Positions 32,946-45,054 of a DNA stretch of 64,000 nucleotides are shown here, piece by piece. The first letter of the stretch is position 1. Every line of letters starts with the position of its first letter. Under the pieces are notes generated by a model that made no database searches, was not told the origin of the DNA, and saw nothing but the letters and a program-made list of their open reading frames with translations. The DNA is from the human T2T-CHM13v2.0 reference genome, Homo sapiens. Location of the stretch: NCBI RefSeq assembly GCF_009914755.1, contig NC_060930.1. One strand, given 5' to 3'. The translations under genes were made by a program, and so were the position numbers.

Positions 32946-35900
32946 TCTTGTTTTTTTTTACTTTAAGTTCTGGGATACATTTGCAGAACATGCAGGTTTG
33001 TTACATAGGTATACATGTGCCATGGTGGTTTGCTGCACCTATCAACCCATCATTTAGGTTTTAAGCCCCACACGCATTAGGTATTTGTCCTAATGCTCTC
33101 CCTCCCCTTGTACCCCACCCCCCAAAAGGCCCCAGTGTGTGACATTCTCCTCCCTGTGTCCATGTGTTCTCATTGTTCCATTCCCACTTATGAGTGAGAA
33201 CATGTGGTGTTTGGTTTTCTGTTCCTGTGTTAGTTTGCTGAGAATGATGGTTTCCAGCTTCATCCATGTCCCTGCAAAGGATATGAACTCATCCTTTTTT
33301 ATGTCTGCATAGTACTCCATGGTGTATATGTGCCACATTTTCTTTATCCAGTGTATCATTGATGGGCACTTGGGATGGTTCCCAGTCTTTGCTATTGTAA
33401 ATAGAGCTGCAATAAACATACGTGTGCATGTGTCTTTACAGTAGAATGATTTATAATCCTTTGGGTGTATACTCAGTAATGGGATTGCTGGTTCAAATGG
33501 TATTTCTGGTTCTAGATCCTTGAGGAATCGCCACACTGTCTTCCACAATGGCTGAACTAATTTACACTCCCACCAACAACGTAGAAGCATTCCTATTTCT
33601 CCACAGCCTAGCCACCATCTGTTGTTTCCTGACTTTCTAATGATCACCATTCTAACTGGTGTAAGATGGTATCTCATTGTGGTTTTGATTTGCATTTCTT
33701 TAATGACCAGTGATGATGAGCTTTTTTTCATGTTTGTTGGCTGCATGAATGTCTTCTTTTGGGAAGTGTCTGTTCATATCCTTCACCCAGTTTTGATGGC
33801 TTTTTTTCTTGTATATTTTTTTAAGTTCCTTGTAGATTCTGGATATTAGCCCTTTGTCAGATGGATAGATTGTAAAAATTTTCTCACATTCTATAAGTTG
33901 CCTGATCACTCTGATGATAGTTTATTTGGCTGAGCTGAAGCTCTTTGGTTTGATTAGATCCCATTTGTCAATTTTAGCTTTTGTTGCAATTGCTTTTGGT
34001 ATTTTAGTCATGAAGTCTTTGCCCATGCCTATGTCCTGAATGGTACTGCCTAGGTTTTCTTCTAGGGTTTTTATGGTTTTAGGTTTAAAATTCAAGTCTT
34101 TAATCCAACTTGAGTTAATTTTTGTATAAGGTGTAAGGAGCAGGTCCAGTTTCTGTTTTCTGCATATGGCTAACCAGTTTTCCCAGCATCATTTATTAAA
34201 TAGGGAATCCTTTCCCCCTTGCTTATTTTTGTGAGGTCTGTGGAAGATCAGATGGTTGTAGATGTGTGGTGTTATTTCTGAGGCCTCTGTTCTGTTTCAT
34301 TGGTCTATATATCTGTTTTGGTACCAGCACCATGCTGTTTTGGTTACTGTAGCCTGCAGTATAGTTTGAAGTCAGGTAGCGTGATGCCTCCAGCTTTGTT
34401 CTTTTTGCTTAGGATTATCATGGCTATACCGGCTCTATTTTGGTTCCATATGAAATTTAAAGTAGTTTTTCCTAGTTCTGTGAAGAAAGTCAACGGTAGC
34501 TTGATGGGAATAGCATTGAATCTATAAATTACTTTAAGCAGTACAGCTATTTTCACAATATTGATTCACCCTATCCATGAGCATGGAATGTTTTTCCATT
34601 TGTTTGTATCCTCTCTTATTTCCTTGAGCAGTGGTTTGTAGTTCTCCTTGAAGAGGTCCTTCACATCCCATGTAAGTTGTATTCCTAGGTATTTTATTTT
34701 CTTTGTAGCAATTGTGAATGGAAGTTCACTGATGATTCAGCTCTCTATTATTGGTGTATAGAAATGCTTGTGATTGGTGCACATTGATTTTGTATCTTGA
34801 AACTTTGCTGAAGTTGTTTATCAGCTTAAGGAGTTTTGGGGTGAGATGATGGGGTTTTCTAAATATACAATCATGTCATCTGCAAACAGAGACAATTTAG
34901 CTTCCTCTCTTCCTATATGAATATCCTTTATTTCTTTCTCTTGCCTGATTGCTCTGGCCAGAACTTCCAATACTATGTTGACTAGGAGTGGTGAGAGAGG
35001 GCATCCTTGTCTTGTGCCAGTTTTCAAGGGGAATGCTTCCAGCTTTTGCCCATTCAGTATGATATTGGCTGTAGGTTTGTCATAAATAGCTCTTATTATT
35101 TTGAGATACTTTCCATCAACACCTAGCTTATTGAGAGTTTTTAGCACGAAGGGGTGTTGAATTTTATTGAAGGCATTTTCTGCATCTATTGAGATAATCA
35201 TGTGGTTTTTGTCACTGGTTCTGTTTATGTGATGGATTACGTTTGTTGATTTGTGTATGTTGAACCAGCCTTGCATCCCAGAGATGAAGCTGACTTGAAC
35301 ATGGTGGATAAGCTTTTTGATGTGCTGCTGTATTCAGTTTGCCAGTATTTTATTGAGGATTTTCACATCAATGTTCATCAGGGATACTGGCCCGAAATTT
35401 TCTTTTTTTATTGTCTCTCTGCCAGGTTTTGGAATCAGGATGATGCTGGCCTCATAAAATGACTTAGTGGGGAGTCCCTCTTTTTCTATTGTTTGAAATA
35501 GTTTCAGAAGGAATGATACCAGCTCCTCTTTGTACCTCTGGTAGAATTTGGCTGTGAATCTGTCTGGTCCTGGACTTTTTTTGGTTGGTAGGCTATTAAT
35601 TACTGCCTCACTTTCAGAACTTGTTATTGGTATATTCAGGGATTCAACTTCTTCCTGGTTTAGTCTTGGGAGGGTTTATGTGTCCAGAAATTTATCCATT
35701 TCTTCTAGATTTTCTAACTTATCTGCATAGAGTTGTTTACAGTATTCTCTAATGGTAGTTTGTATTTCTGTGGGATCAGTTGTGGTATCCCCTTTATCAT
35801 TTTTTTATTGTGTCTATTTGATTCTTCTCTCTTTTCTGCTTCATTAGTATGGCTAGCGGTCTATCTATTTTGTTAATCTTTTCAAAAAACCAGCTCCTGG

Positions 35901-38900
35901 ATTCACTGATTTTTTGAAGGGTTTTTCGTGTCTCTATCTCCTTCAGTTCTGCTCTGATCTTAGTTATTTCTTGTCTTCTGCTAGCTTTTGAATTTGTTTG
36001 TTCTTGCTTCTCTAGTTCTTTTAATTGTGATGTTAGGGTGTCAATTTTAGTTCTTTCCCTCTTTCTCCTGAGGGCGTTTAGTGCTATAAATTTCCCTCTG
36101 AACACTGCTTTAGCTGTGTCCCAGAGATTCTGGTATGTTTTGTCTTTGTTTTCATTGGTTTCAAAGAACTTATTTATTTCTGCCTTAATTTCATTATTTA
36201 CCCAGTAGTCATTTGGGAGCAGGCTGTTCAGTTTCCATGTAGTTGTGCAGTTTTGAGTGAGTTTCTTAATCCTGAGTTCTAATTTGATTGCACTGTGGTC
36301 TGAGAAACTGTTTGTGATGATTTCCAATCTTTTGCATTTCCTGAGGAGTGTTTTACTTCCAATTCTGTGGTCAATTTTAGAATAAGTGCTATGTGGTGCT
36401 GAGAAGAATGTATATTCTGTTCATTTGGGGTAGAGAGTTCTGTAGATGTCTATTAGGTCCACTTTGTCTACAGCTGAGTTCAAGTCCTGAATATCCTTGT
36501 AAATTTTCTGCCTCATGGATCTATCTAATACTGACAGTGGGGAGTTAAAGTCTCCCACTATTATTGTGTGGGAGTCTAAGTTTCTTTGAAGGTCTCTAAG
36601 GACTTCTTTTATGAATCTGGGTGCTCCTGTATTGGGTGCATATATATTTAGGATAGTTAGCTCTTCTTGTTGCATTGATCCCTTTACCATTATGTAGTAC
36701 CCTTCTTTGTCTTTTTTGATCTTTGTTGGTTTAAAGTCTGTTTCATCAGAGACTAGGATTGCAACCCCTGCTTTTTTTTTGCTTTCCATTTGCTTGGTAA
36801 ATATTTCTCCATTCCTTTATTTTGAGCCTATGTGTGTATTTGCTCGTGAGATGGGTCTCCTGAATACAGCACACTGATGGGTCTTGACTCTTTATCCAAT
36901 TTGCCAGTCTGTGTCTTTTAATTGGAGCATTTAGCCCATTTACATTTAAGGTTAATATTGTTATGTATGAAGTTGATCCTGTTATCATGATGCTATCTGG
37001 TCAATTTGCACATTAGTTGATGCAGTTTCTTCATCGCATCAACGGTCTTTACAATTTGGTATGTTTTTGTAGTGGCTGGTACCAGTTTTTCCTTTCCATA
37101 TTTAGTGCTTCCTTCAGGAGCTCTTGTAAGGCAGGCCTGCTGGTTACAAAATATTTCAGCATTTGCATGTCTGTAAAGGATTTTATTTCTCCTTCACTTA
37201 TGAAGCTTAGTTTGGCTGGATGTGAAATTCTGGGTTGAAAATTCTTTTTAAGAATTTTGAATATTGGCCCCCACTGTCTTCTGGCTTGTAGGGTTTCTGC
37301 CGAGAGATCTGCGGTTAGTCTGATGGGCTTCCCTTTGTAGGTAACCTGACCTTTCTCTCTGGCTGCCCTTAACATTTTTTCCTTCATTTCAACCTTGGTG
37401 AATCAGATGAGTATATGTCTTGGAGTTGCCCTTCTCGAAGAGTATCTTAGTGGTGTTCTCTGTATTTCCTGAATTTGAATGTTGGCTTGTCTTGCTAAGT
37501 TGGGGAAGTTCTCCTGGAAAATATCCAAGTGTGTTTTCCAACTTGGTTCCATTCTCCCCATCATTTTCAGGTATACCAATCAATCTTAGGTATGGTCTTT
37601 TCACACAGTCCCATATTTCTTGGAGGTTTTATTCATTCCTTTTCATTCTTTTTTCTTTTCCTAATCTCATCTTCATGCCTTATTTCAGTAAGTTGATCTT
37701 CAATCTCTGATATCCTTTCTCACGCTTGATTGATTTGAGTACTGATACTTGTGTATGCTTCATGAAGTTCTCGTGCTGTGTTTTTCAGCTCCATCAGGTA
37801 ATTTACGCTTCTTTCTAAACTGGTTATTCCAGTTAGCAGTTCCTGTAATCTTTTATCAAGGTTCTTAGCTTCCTTGCATTGGGTTAGAACATGCTCCTTT
37901 AGCTTGGAGGAGTTTGTTATTACCCACCTTCTGAAGCCTACTTCTGTCAATTCGTCAATCTCATTCTCTGTCCAGTTTTGTGCCCTTGCTGGAGAGGAGT
38001 TGCAATCATTTGAAGAGGCATTCTGGTTTTTGGAATTTTCAGCATTTTTGTGCTGGTTTTTCCTCATCTTCGTGCATTTATCTACCTTTGATCTTTGAGC
38101 TGATGACCTTAGGATGGGGTTTTTGTGTGGGGGCCCTTTTTGTTGATGTTGTTGTTTTTGCTTTCTGTTTGCTAGTTTTTCTTCTAATAGGCCCCTCTTC
38201 CACAAGCCTGCTGCAGTTTGCTAGAGGTCCACTCCAGACCCTGTTTGCCTGGGGTATCACCAGTGGAGGGTGCAGAACAGCAAAGATTGCTGCCTGCTCC
38301 TTCCTCTGGAAGCTTTGTCCCAGAGGGGCACCAGCCTGATGCCAGCAGAGCTCTCCTACATGAAGTGTCTGCTGAACCCTGCTGGGTGGTCTCTCTCAGT
38401 CAGGAGGCACAGGGGTCAGGGACCAACCTGAGGAAGCAGTCTGTCCCTTAGCAGAGTGTGCTGCTAGAATCCTCCTAGTTAGGATCAGCTGCTCTCTTCA
38501 GAGCTGGCAGGCAGGAAAGTTTTAGTCTGCTGAAGCAACACCCACAGCTTCCCCTTCCCCCAGGTGCTCTGTCCCAGGGAGTTTTATCTGCAAGCCCCTG
38601 ACTGGGGCTCCTTTCTTTCAGAGATGCCCTGCCCAGTGAAGAGGAATCTAGAGAAGGTATCTGGCCACAGCCAATTCGCCACACTGTGGTGGATTCCACC
38701 CAGTCCAAACCTCCTGGCCTCCTTAGCACTGTCAGAGGAAAACCGCCTACTCAAGCCTCAGTAACGGGGGACACTCCTCCCCCTACAAGCTCGATCATCC
38801 CAAGTCGACTTCAGAATGGTGTGCTGGCAGCAAGAATTTCAAGCCAGTGGTTCTTGGCTTGCTAGACTCCATGGGAGTGGGACCCACTGAGACCATTCAG

Positions 38901-39378
38901 CTCCCTGCCATCAGCCCCCTTTCCAGGGGAGTGAATGGTTCTGTCTCGCTGGGGTTCCAGGTGCCACTGGGGTATGAAAAAAAACTCCTGAAGCTAGCTC
39001 AGTGTCTGCCCAAATTGCCACCCAGTTTTGTGCTTGAAACCCAGGGCCCTGGTGGTGTAGGCTCATGAGGGAATCTTCTGATCCGTGGATTGCAAAAACC
39101 ATGGGAAAAGCGTAGTATCCAGGCCAGGTAGCACAGTCCCTCACTGCTTTCCTTGGCTGGGGGAGGGAAGTCCTCCGGGTCCTTGTAAGTCCAGGGTGAG
39201 GTGATGCCCCACCCTGCTTCTGCTCACCTTCTGTGGGCTGCACCCACTGCCTAACCAGTAGTCCCAATGCGATGAACTGGGTACCTCAGCTGGAAACGCA
39301 GAAATCACCTGCCTTCTGCATTGGTCTTGCTGGGAGCTGCAGACCACAGCTGTTCCTATTTGGCCATCTTGCCAGATC
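32946..39378 (-). mobile_element. Full-length, decayed L1PA8-like LINE-1 in the last MCM9 intron (sense to the gene)
   Basis: 5' end aagatggccaaatagg at ~39370. ORF1 pieces at ~37049-38070 and ORF2 EN/RT/C pieces at ~33200-36988 carry stops and frameshifts. The 3'UTR has PA8-type ttaagccccacacgcattagg. Confidence 0.93.
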
Positions 39379-39856
39379 TCATATTTTCATTTCAAATTTC
39401 CCTTTGGTCATGAGGGAGGATGACTTCCTAATAAGGATTGTAGTTCCCTAGAAGTAGGTCCTTTAGAAAGCCTTTCCTGACAACCTAGAAATGCCTTTTT
39501 CTTATAAAGTACAATATGATCCCTCTTCTACGTGCTTACTTTGAAAAGATATTATACCAGAAAGCAGATGAGTAAGTTATTCTAAAATTCATGTATAATC
39601 ATAGAAAATATAAGGAAATACCTTATATTTAAATATATTTAAATACATTAAAATGTTAATGGTATATATCTCTGGGAAATAAGACTACATGTGATTTTTT
39701 TGTTTTCTAATTAATTCATCACTGCTACTTTTAAAAATACAAAATAAAAACATGCATTACCTTTATAATCAGAAAAAAAGCCCCCAAAATTATTGTAAAC
39801 ATATTGGGTTACATTCATTCACAGTAGGTTTGAAAATATCAATAAGCAAACCCACC

Positions 39857-39950
39857 TTTTTTTTTTTTTTTTTTAGACAGAGTCTCTCTCTGTCACCCAG
39901 GCTGGAGTGCAGTGGCACGATCACGGCTCACTGAAACCTCTGCCCCCCGG
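39857..39950 (-). mobile_element. Alu 3' fragment
   Basis: T-tract plus agacagagtctc...cactgaaacctc. Confidence 0.8.
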
Positions 39951-40143
39951 GGCAAACCCATGTTCATTTTTACTAATTTGAGTTACAACCAAACAAAAAA
40001 GCAAATAGCTTTCAAAATTACTACTACCTAGCATACTTTTCAGCATCAAATTGAGGTCAGGGATACTGATAATTGTTAAAGTTCTGCAAAAATCTCCTAA
40101 AAGATGAGAATAAGTTAGGGTAGACTAAGCCCTATTATTTTAG

Positions 40144-40488
<345 letters not shown>

Positions 40489-41629
40489 TGATAAAACTAT
40501 AAATGGTTTCATTATAATTATCTCCTTAAGGAACAGAGAACTCTTTCCAAAACAGTAAAAACTCATATGCTGGTTGGGTTTTTTCTCACTTGATAAGATT
40601 AGCATTAGATTGTGCCTTGGAGGTAATTCACTTTCATTTGCATAGTACCTGGTTTTGTTGCTTTCAGGAGGATCAACACCAGAACATGCCTCTACATTAT
40701 AAATAAATACCAGTAGAAAAAAACATTTTAAGGTAGAATCCTGTCTTTTAGATTGTCAAATACTCTTTCGTTTTTCCTTTCTTTCCCTCCAGGAGGGTCA
40801 TTTTAAATTTGGGAAGTCTAATTGCCATCTTTCTAATTCATAACAATGATTCTGGGCCTCACTTTTTCTCCTTTCCCGAATCCAGCATATGTCAGTTTCT
40901 GGTAGCTTGGATCAGTCAAAATGAGCAGCCTCTCCAAAAGCAAAGCCAAGCCCAGGAGCGGCTTGAAAAGAATCAGCTACATCAAATCATAAACAACCCA
41001 AAGGAATAACTTTGATCTTGGCACCATGTTCTGGATCATAAAATGAGCCAGGAGACCAAAAGAAAGAGGGGCGAATTTTATACAAAGTGCAAGTTTACTG
41101 CAGTCTGGCACCTGGCTATTAACAGGATAATGCCCATCCCCGCACTTCCCCAGGAAGGCTGTGCTGAAGTTTCAAAAACTAGAAAGAGAAGGATGCTGTG
41201 AGAAGGAAGAATTCTCAAGGATTTTTTTTTAACGTAGTCAACAGTCTCAATGTGGTCCCCAAATTCTTTGCAGCTGTTCCACTTTTTCATGTACTTCATT
41301 CACCAGACCCCGGCTTTGAGACCAACACCAGTAAGAGCTGCAGGTCAATTATTAAGCCATTCACACTGATCATGAAGACACCAAAAATGGATAAACTTGC
41401 CATTCCTCACTCCTATTTCTCAGGCTTACACGCAAAACCTAGGTTTTTAGAAGTCCACATATTTCGGGAGTATGCGAACATTAATAGTTTGGGCAAAATT
41501 TTTTTGGTAGAGTCCACATTCACACTAAGGCATGTGACATGTTTCTTCCCATGTATCCTCCTTGTCTATTATTCACATTTTAATGAGTCATTAGAAAGGT
41601 AAGTTTTGAAATGTTGCTTCTGTCATTGC

Positions 41630-41800
41630 TGAGTTGTTATCTCAGCCAACACAATGTGGAGCAAAGACAAGCTATCCCCACCGAGCCTGCCTGAATGTCT
41701 GATACCCAGAAAAGTGAACACTAAAATGCTGGTGGGGGTGGTGTTCGCAGTCACTGAGTTTTGGAGCAGTTGATTATACAGCAGTAGAAAACTGAAACAG
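41630..41800 (+). mobile_element. Old MLT1 LTR 3' fragment
   Basis: gtcactgagttttggagcagttgattatacagcagtagaaaactgaaaca. Confidence 0.6.
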
Positions 41801-41950
41801 TCTCCTATAGATAGTATCTGCCTGTCCTAAGAACTTACTGACCCAACACCTGATAGATAGATTTTTCCACTTAATGCACACTTGCTTTGTTTCACTAAAT
41901 GCCAAACAAGGATTTTCCATTGTATGCCTTTCTGGGTTTTCATTCCTCAC

Positions 41951-42096
41951 CTTTCAAGTCTTCTAAGCTCTTCACTCAAGAGGCTCTGCAGCTCTAGCTT
42001 TTCCAGAATAAGTTCACACTGTCTCTGGTACTGCTCTCCAGGGTTTTCAGGAAAGGAAGTGTGGAGGGCATTCACACCTCCTAGCAGTGCACCTCC
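41951..42096 (-). CDS. MCM9: MCM9 penultimate coding exon (~aa 606-654)
   Basis: Translated by hand as [48 protein letters not shown](R). Acceptor ccttcag, donor gtgagg, 146 nt, phase 0 to 2. Confidence 0.96.
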
Positions 42097-42585
42097 CTGA
42101 AGGGGTGAGAAAATACCAGGAGAGTCACCAGGCCAGCCTGCATAGCGGTAAGTACACTCTAGGGACCAGCAATCCCCGGGGGCTAAGACCGCCGTTTACA
42201 CCCCTATACTGGGTATGAAAATCACTTGGGAGGCTTTTTCAACTTTCTATAGTTCACTCCCCCAGTTCTTGGTGGCAATCATTGCTCTAGGAAGCTATAC
42301 TGTCACTGGTGGGCTATGAACATCTCTCAGGTGTGTTGAGGAAAAAAACGATCGAAGCGCACTACTTTACATCAATAGGCAAAAGCAATGCCACCCATGC
42401 AGCAAATATCTCCAGGACACTGTTTCCTCTTCATTTAATCGGTTACCTTTGGATATATTTCCAGGAATTACTAAGTCTAGAATATGAGCATTTTAATAAC
42501 TTTTGATATGTTAATAAAGTGTCCTTTTTTAAAAAAAAGAAAGTTTGTAATTAGGATAAAAATTAGGTACACAAAATATCCTTAC

Positions 42586-42668
42586 CTGCATTGAGGACTC
42601 CATGACTGACACCACCGTAATAGCGTCTTCCAGAGTTACAGTATCACGAAACATCAGGCGAGCATGAG
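42586..42668 (-). CDS. MCM9: MCM9 coding exon, 3rd from last (~aa 578-605)
   Basis: Not in the ORF track; translated by hand as (A)[27 protein letters not shown]. Acceptor ttcttag, donor gtaagg, 83 nt, phase 1 to 0. It completes the MCM motif RLAEAHARL. Confidence 0.96.
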
Positions 42669-43730
42669 CTAAGAAAACAAAACACATTTGTTTTTTAGGA
42701 ATATTTGAGGTGAGAAATGTAATTCTCTAACTTCCTCCTCCTCACCATTTGTATTTTATGAATGAGCTATTAATAACAACATAATTTTACTAGAACAAGC
42801 ACAAAAGTCAACATTCAACTAGCTTTAAGGATGTTTCTATAATGAGCCTAATCCTTCTGTGTAGCCCACACAATCTTGTATATTTATATGAAAAAGTACT
42901 CTGGGCTCTAGCAAAAAAACGGGCTATATAAACATACATTTAATATTCAGCAACTTTAGTCCTCATTTTCTAGTCTTTTATAAAACTACACAAAATTAAA
43001 ACTCATTTTTCATTTCTGGCACTCCTCTTTATGATCTATGAGCTTTTCAAAGCTACCAAACAAGCAATTCTAAATTCTGAGTATTTCTTGCCCTAATATT
43101 AGCTATAAATCCTTGAAAAAAGAAAGTCCATTTGTTTTACAGTATTTTTTATTAAGCTTGTATTATTTTATTTTATTATTCAGTTCATGTGAATTCTTTT
43201 TTTAGATTTAAACAAAAGCTAAAATGTAAAAGCCAATGTTAGAAGAAAAGAATTAAGATACATGTTAGCTATATGTATATATGTAATGGGGCAGGGCATG
43301 GCATTGTCAAGTTGGTTGCTATAATGACAGGGGTGGACTGCAACTGGCAATTAATGAGCAAGAACTAGTGATGCTATATGGGAAACAATTCCAAACAAGA
43401 AACTGTCCTACTCAAAATGCTAACAGAGCTACCACTGAGAAACAAAATATCAGAAGTAAGGCTTTCTAAGTGAATGGTATATTAAGTTCTAGGAGGTCCC
43501 GAGATGGCACAAAGATTCCTCTTTCTTAATGACACCACATTCCAGTCAATACTCATAATCTGTCCTCAGAGGAGCAGAGATCTTCTGGCTCAGAGCCTTT
43601 ATTTTTAAGTGACTATGAGCACCTTAGAGTGGGAGTTATTCTCATTCAACTTTGAATCCATGGTGCCAAGCCCCATGCCTTGCACACACGCAGCATTCAA
43701 TACAAGCATCATTCGCTGAATGAAATAGAC

Positions 43731-43934
43731 CTTCTGCTAATCGTATCAAGCTTTCCAACAGCCGAATGGTGGTCCGGGCAGCGTTCCGGGAATCACTCTG
43801 CCTTTGCATCTGGTAGTACCGGAGAAGAACCTGATTGCCCACATCAGACAGTGTGGGCTGCAGATTCCTTATGAGGCAGAAATAGGTTTTCATCTTTTCC
43901 ATGCTCCAGAGCTTCTCTGATTTGCTTGGGTAAC
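43731..43934 (-). CDS. MCM9: MCM9 coding exon, 4th from last (~aa 510-578): AAA+ lid and sensor-2 ([14 protein letters not shown])
   Basis: Translates as [26 protein letters not shown]...[15 protein letters not shown]. Acceptor atacag, donor gtctat, 204 nt, phase 1 to 1. Confidence 0.97.
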
Positions 43935-44193
43935 CTGTATGTATCAGGTGTTGGGTCAGTAAGTTCTTAGGACAGGCAAACATCTCATTTTAAGGATTTT
44001 TATAAAGTTCTGGTACTCATTTGTTAAAAGATAACCTTCATGTTTTGTGGTTATTGAAATCTAGACTTGTCTGCATAGCATACAATCAGCATCTTATGAT
44101 CTAAGCTTAATAAAGGTAAGCTTCCTGCCTTTATTAAAAATTATTCAGAATAATTCTGGTCTGCCCAGTAATCAATAATATTCAAGTACATCT

Positions 44194-44492
<299 letters not shown>

Positions 44493-44851
44493 TAAATCTG
44501 ATTTAAAGAGAAGCCTACATTTAGAGATTTGTTTCACAATTCATTCTGGTTTTATATGCAAGAGGTGAGCGTTAATTCTGTATCATAAGGTTGTCCCCTT
44601 TCATCATAAGGCACATATTTATAACAACTTTAGTCTCATTAGTGGCAGGTAGAGAAAGGCCCTTTTCCTTCAACTCAGTATTCTGAGGCCCCGTAAGTGG
44701 CTCCTCTCACTGCTTTCTGTCTAAGCTTTTCTCTATTGCCTGGTACTACATAGCCTATCTTGGGTATTTATTTAATTTTCTTGAAAGGGAATTTCTTTTA
44801 GTTACAGCTAATCTCTCTGTTATTTTGAATGCTTTGTTTGTCTTCACGTAC

Positions 44852-45054
44852 CTTTATTTTCTAAGATAAAGGAGGAAATGATACGATCCCAGTCTTCATT
44901 CTTGGTATCAAGCAAAACCAGGATCAGGTCAAATCGACTTAAGAGTGGGCTGCCGAGGGCAATGTTCACAGACACGGACTCCTGGGGGTCGTACTGGCCT
45001 TTGGGGTTCGTTGCTGCCAGGATGGTGGTCCTTGTGTTCAGCTTGCACACGAGG
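44852..45054 (-). CDS. MCM9: MCM9 coding exon, 5th from last (~aa 442-510): sensor-1 (ILAATNP) and arginine finger (SRFD)
   Basis: Translates as [67 protein letters not shown]. Acceptor tggcag, donor gtacgt, 203 nt, phase 2 to 1. Back-numbering from a 1143-aa product puts the Arg finger at R482. Confidence 0.97.

Noticed and set aside
33090-38205. Multiple minus-strand ORFs (EN, RT and ORF1-like)
   Set aside because: Decayed L1PA8 coding remnants with many stops. The same applies to 50080-55254.
39285-39367. L1 5' ATG plus the +97 donor is phase-compatible with the last MCM9 exon
   Set aside because: The frame reads ATG GCC AAA TAG and stops at codon 4, so no fusion protein results.
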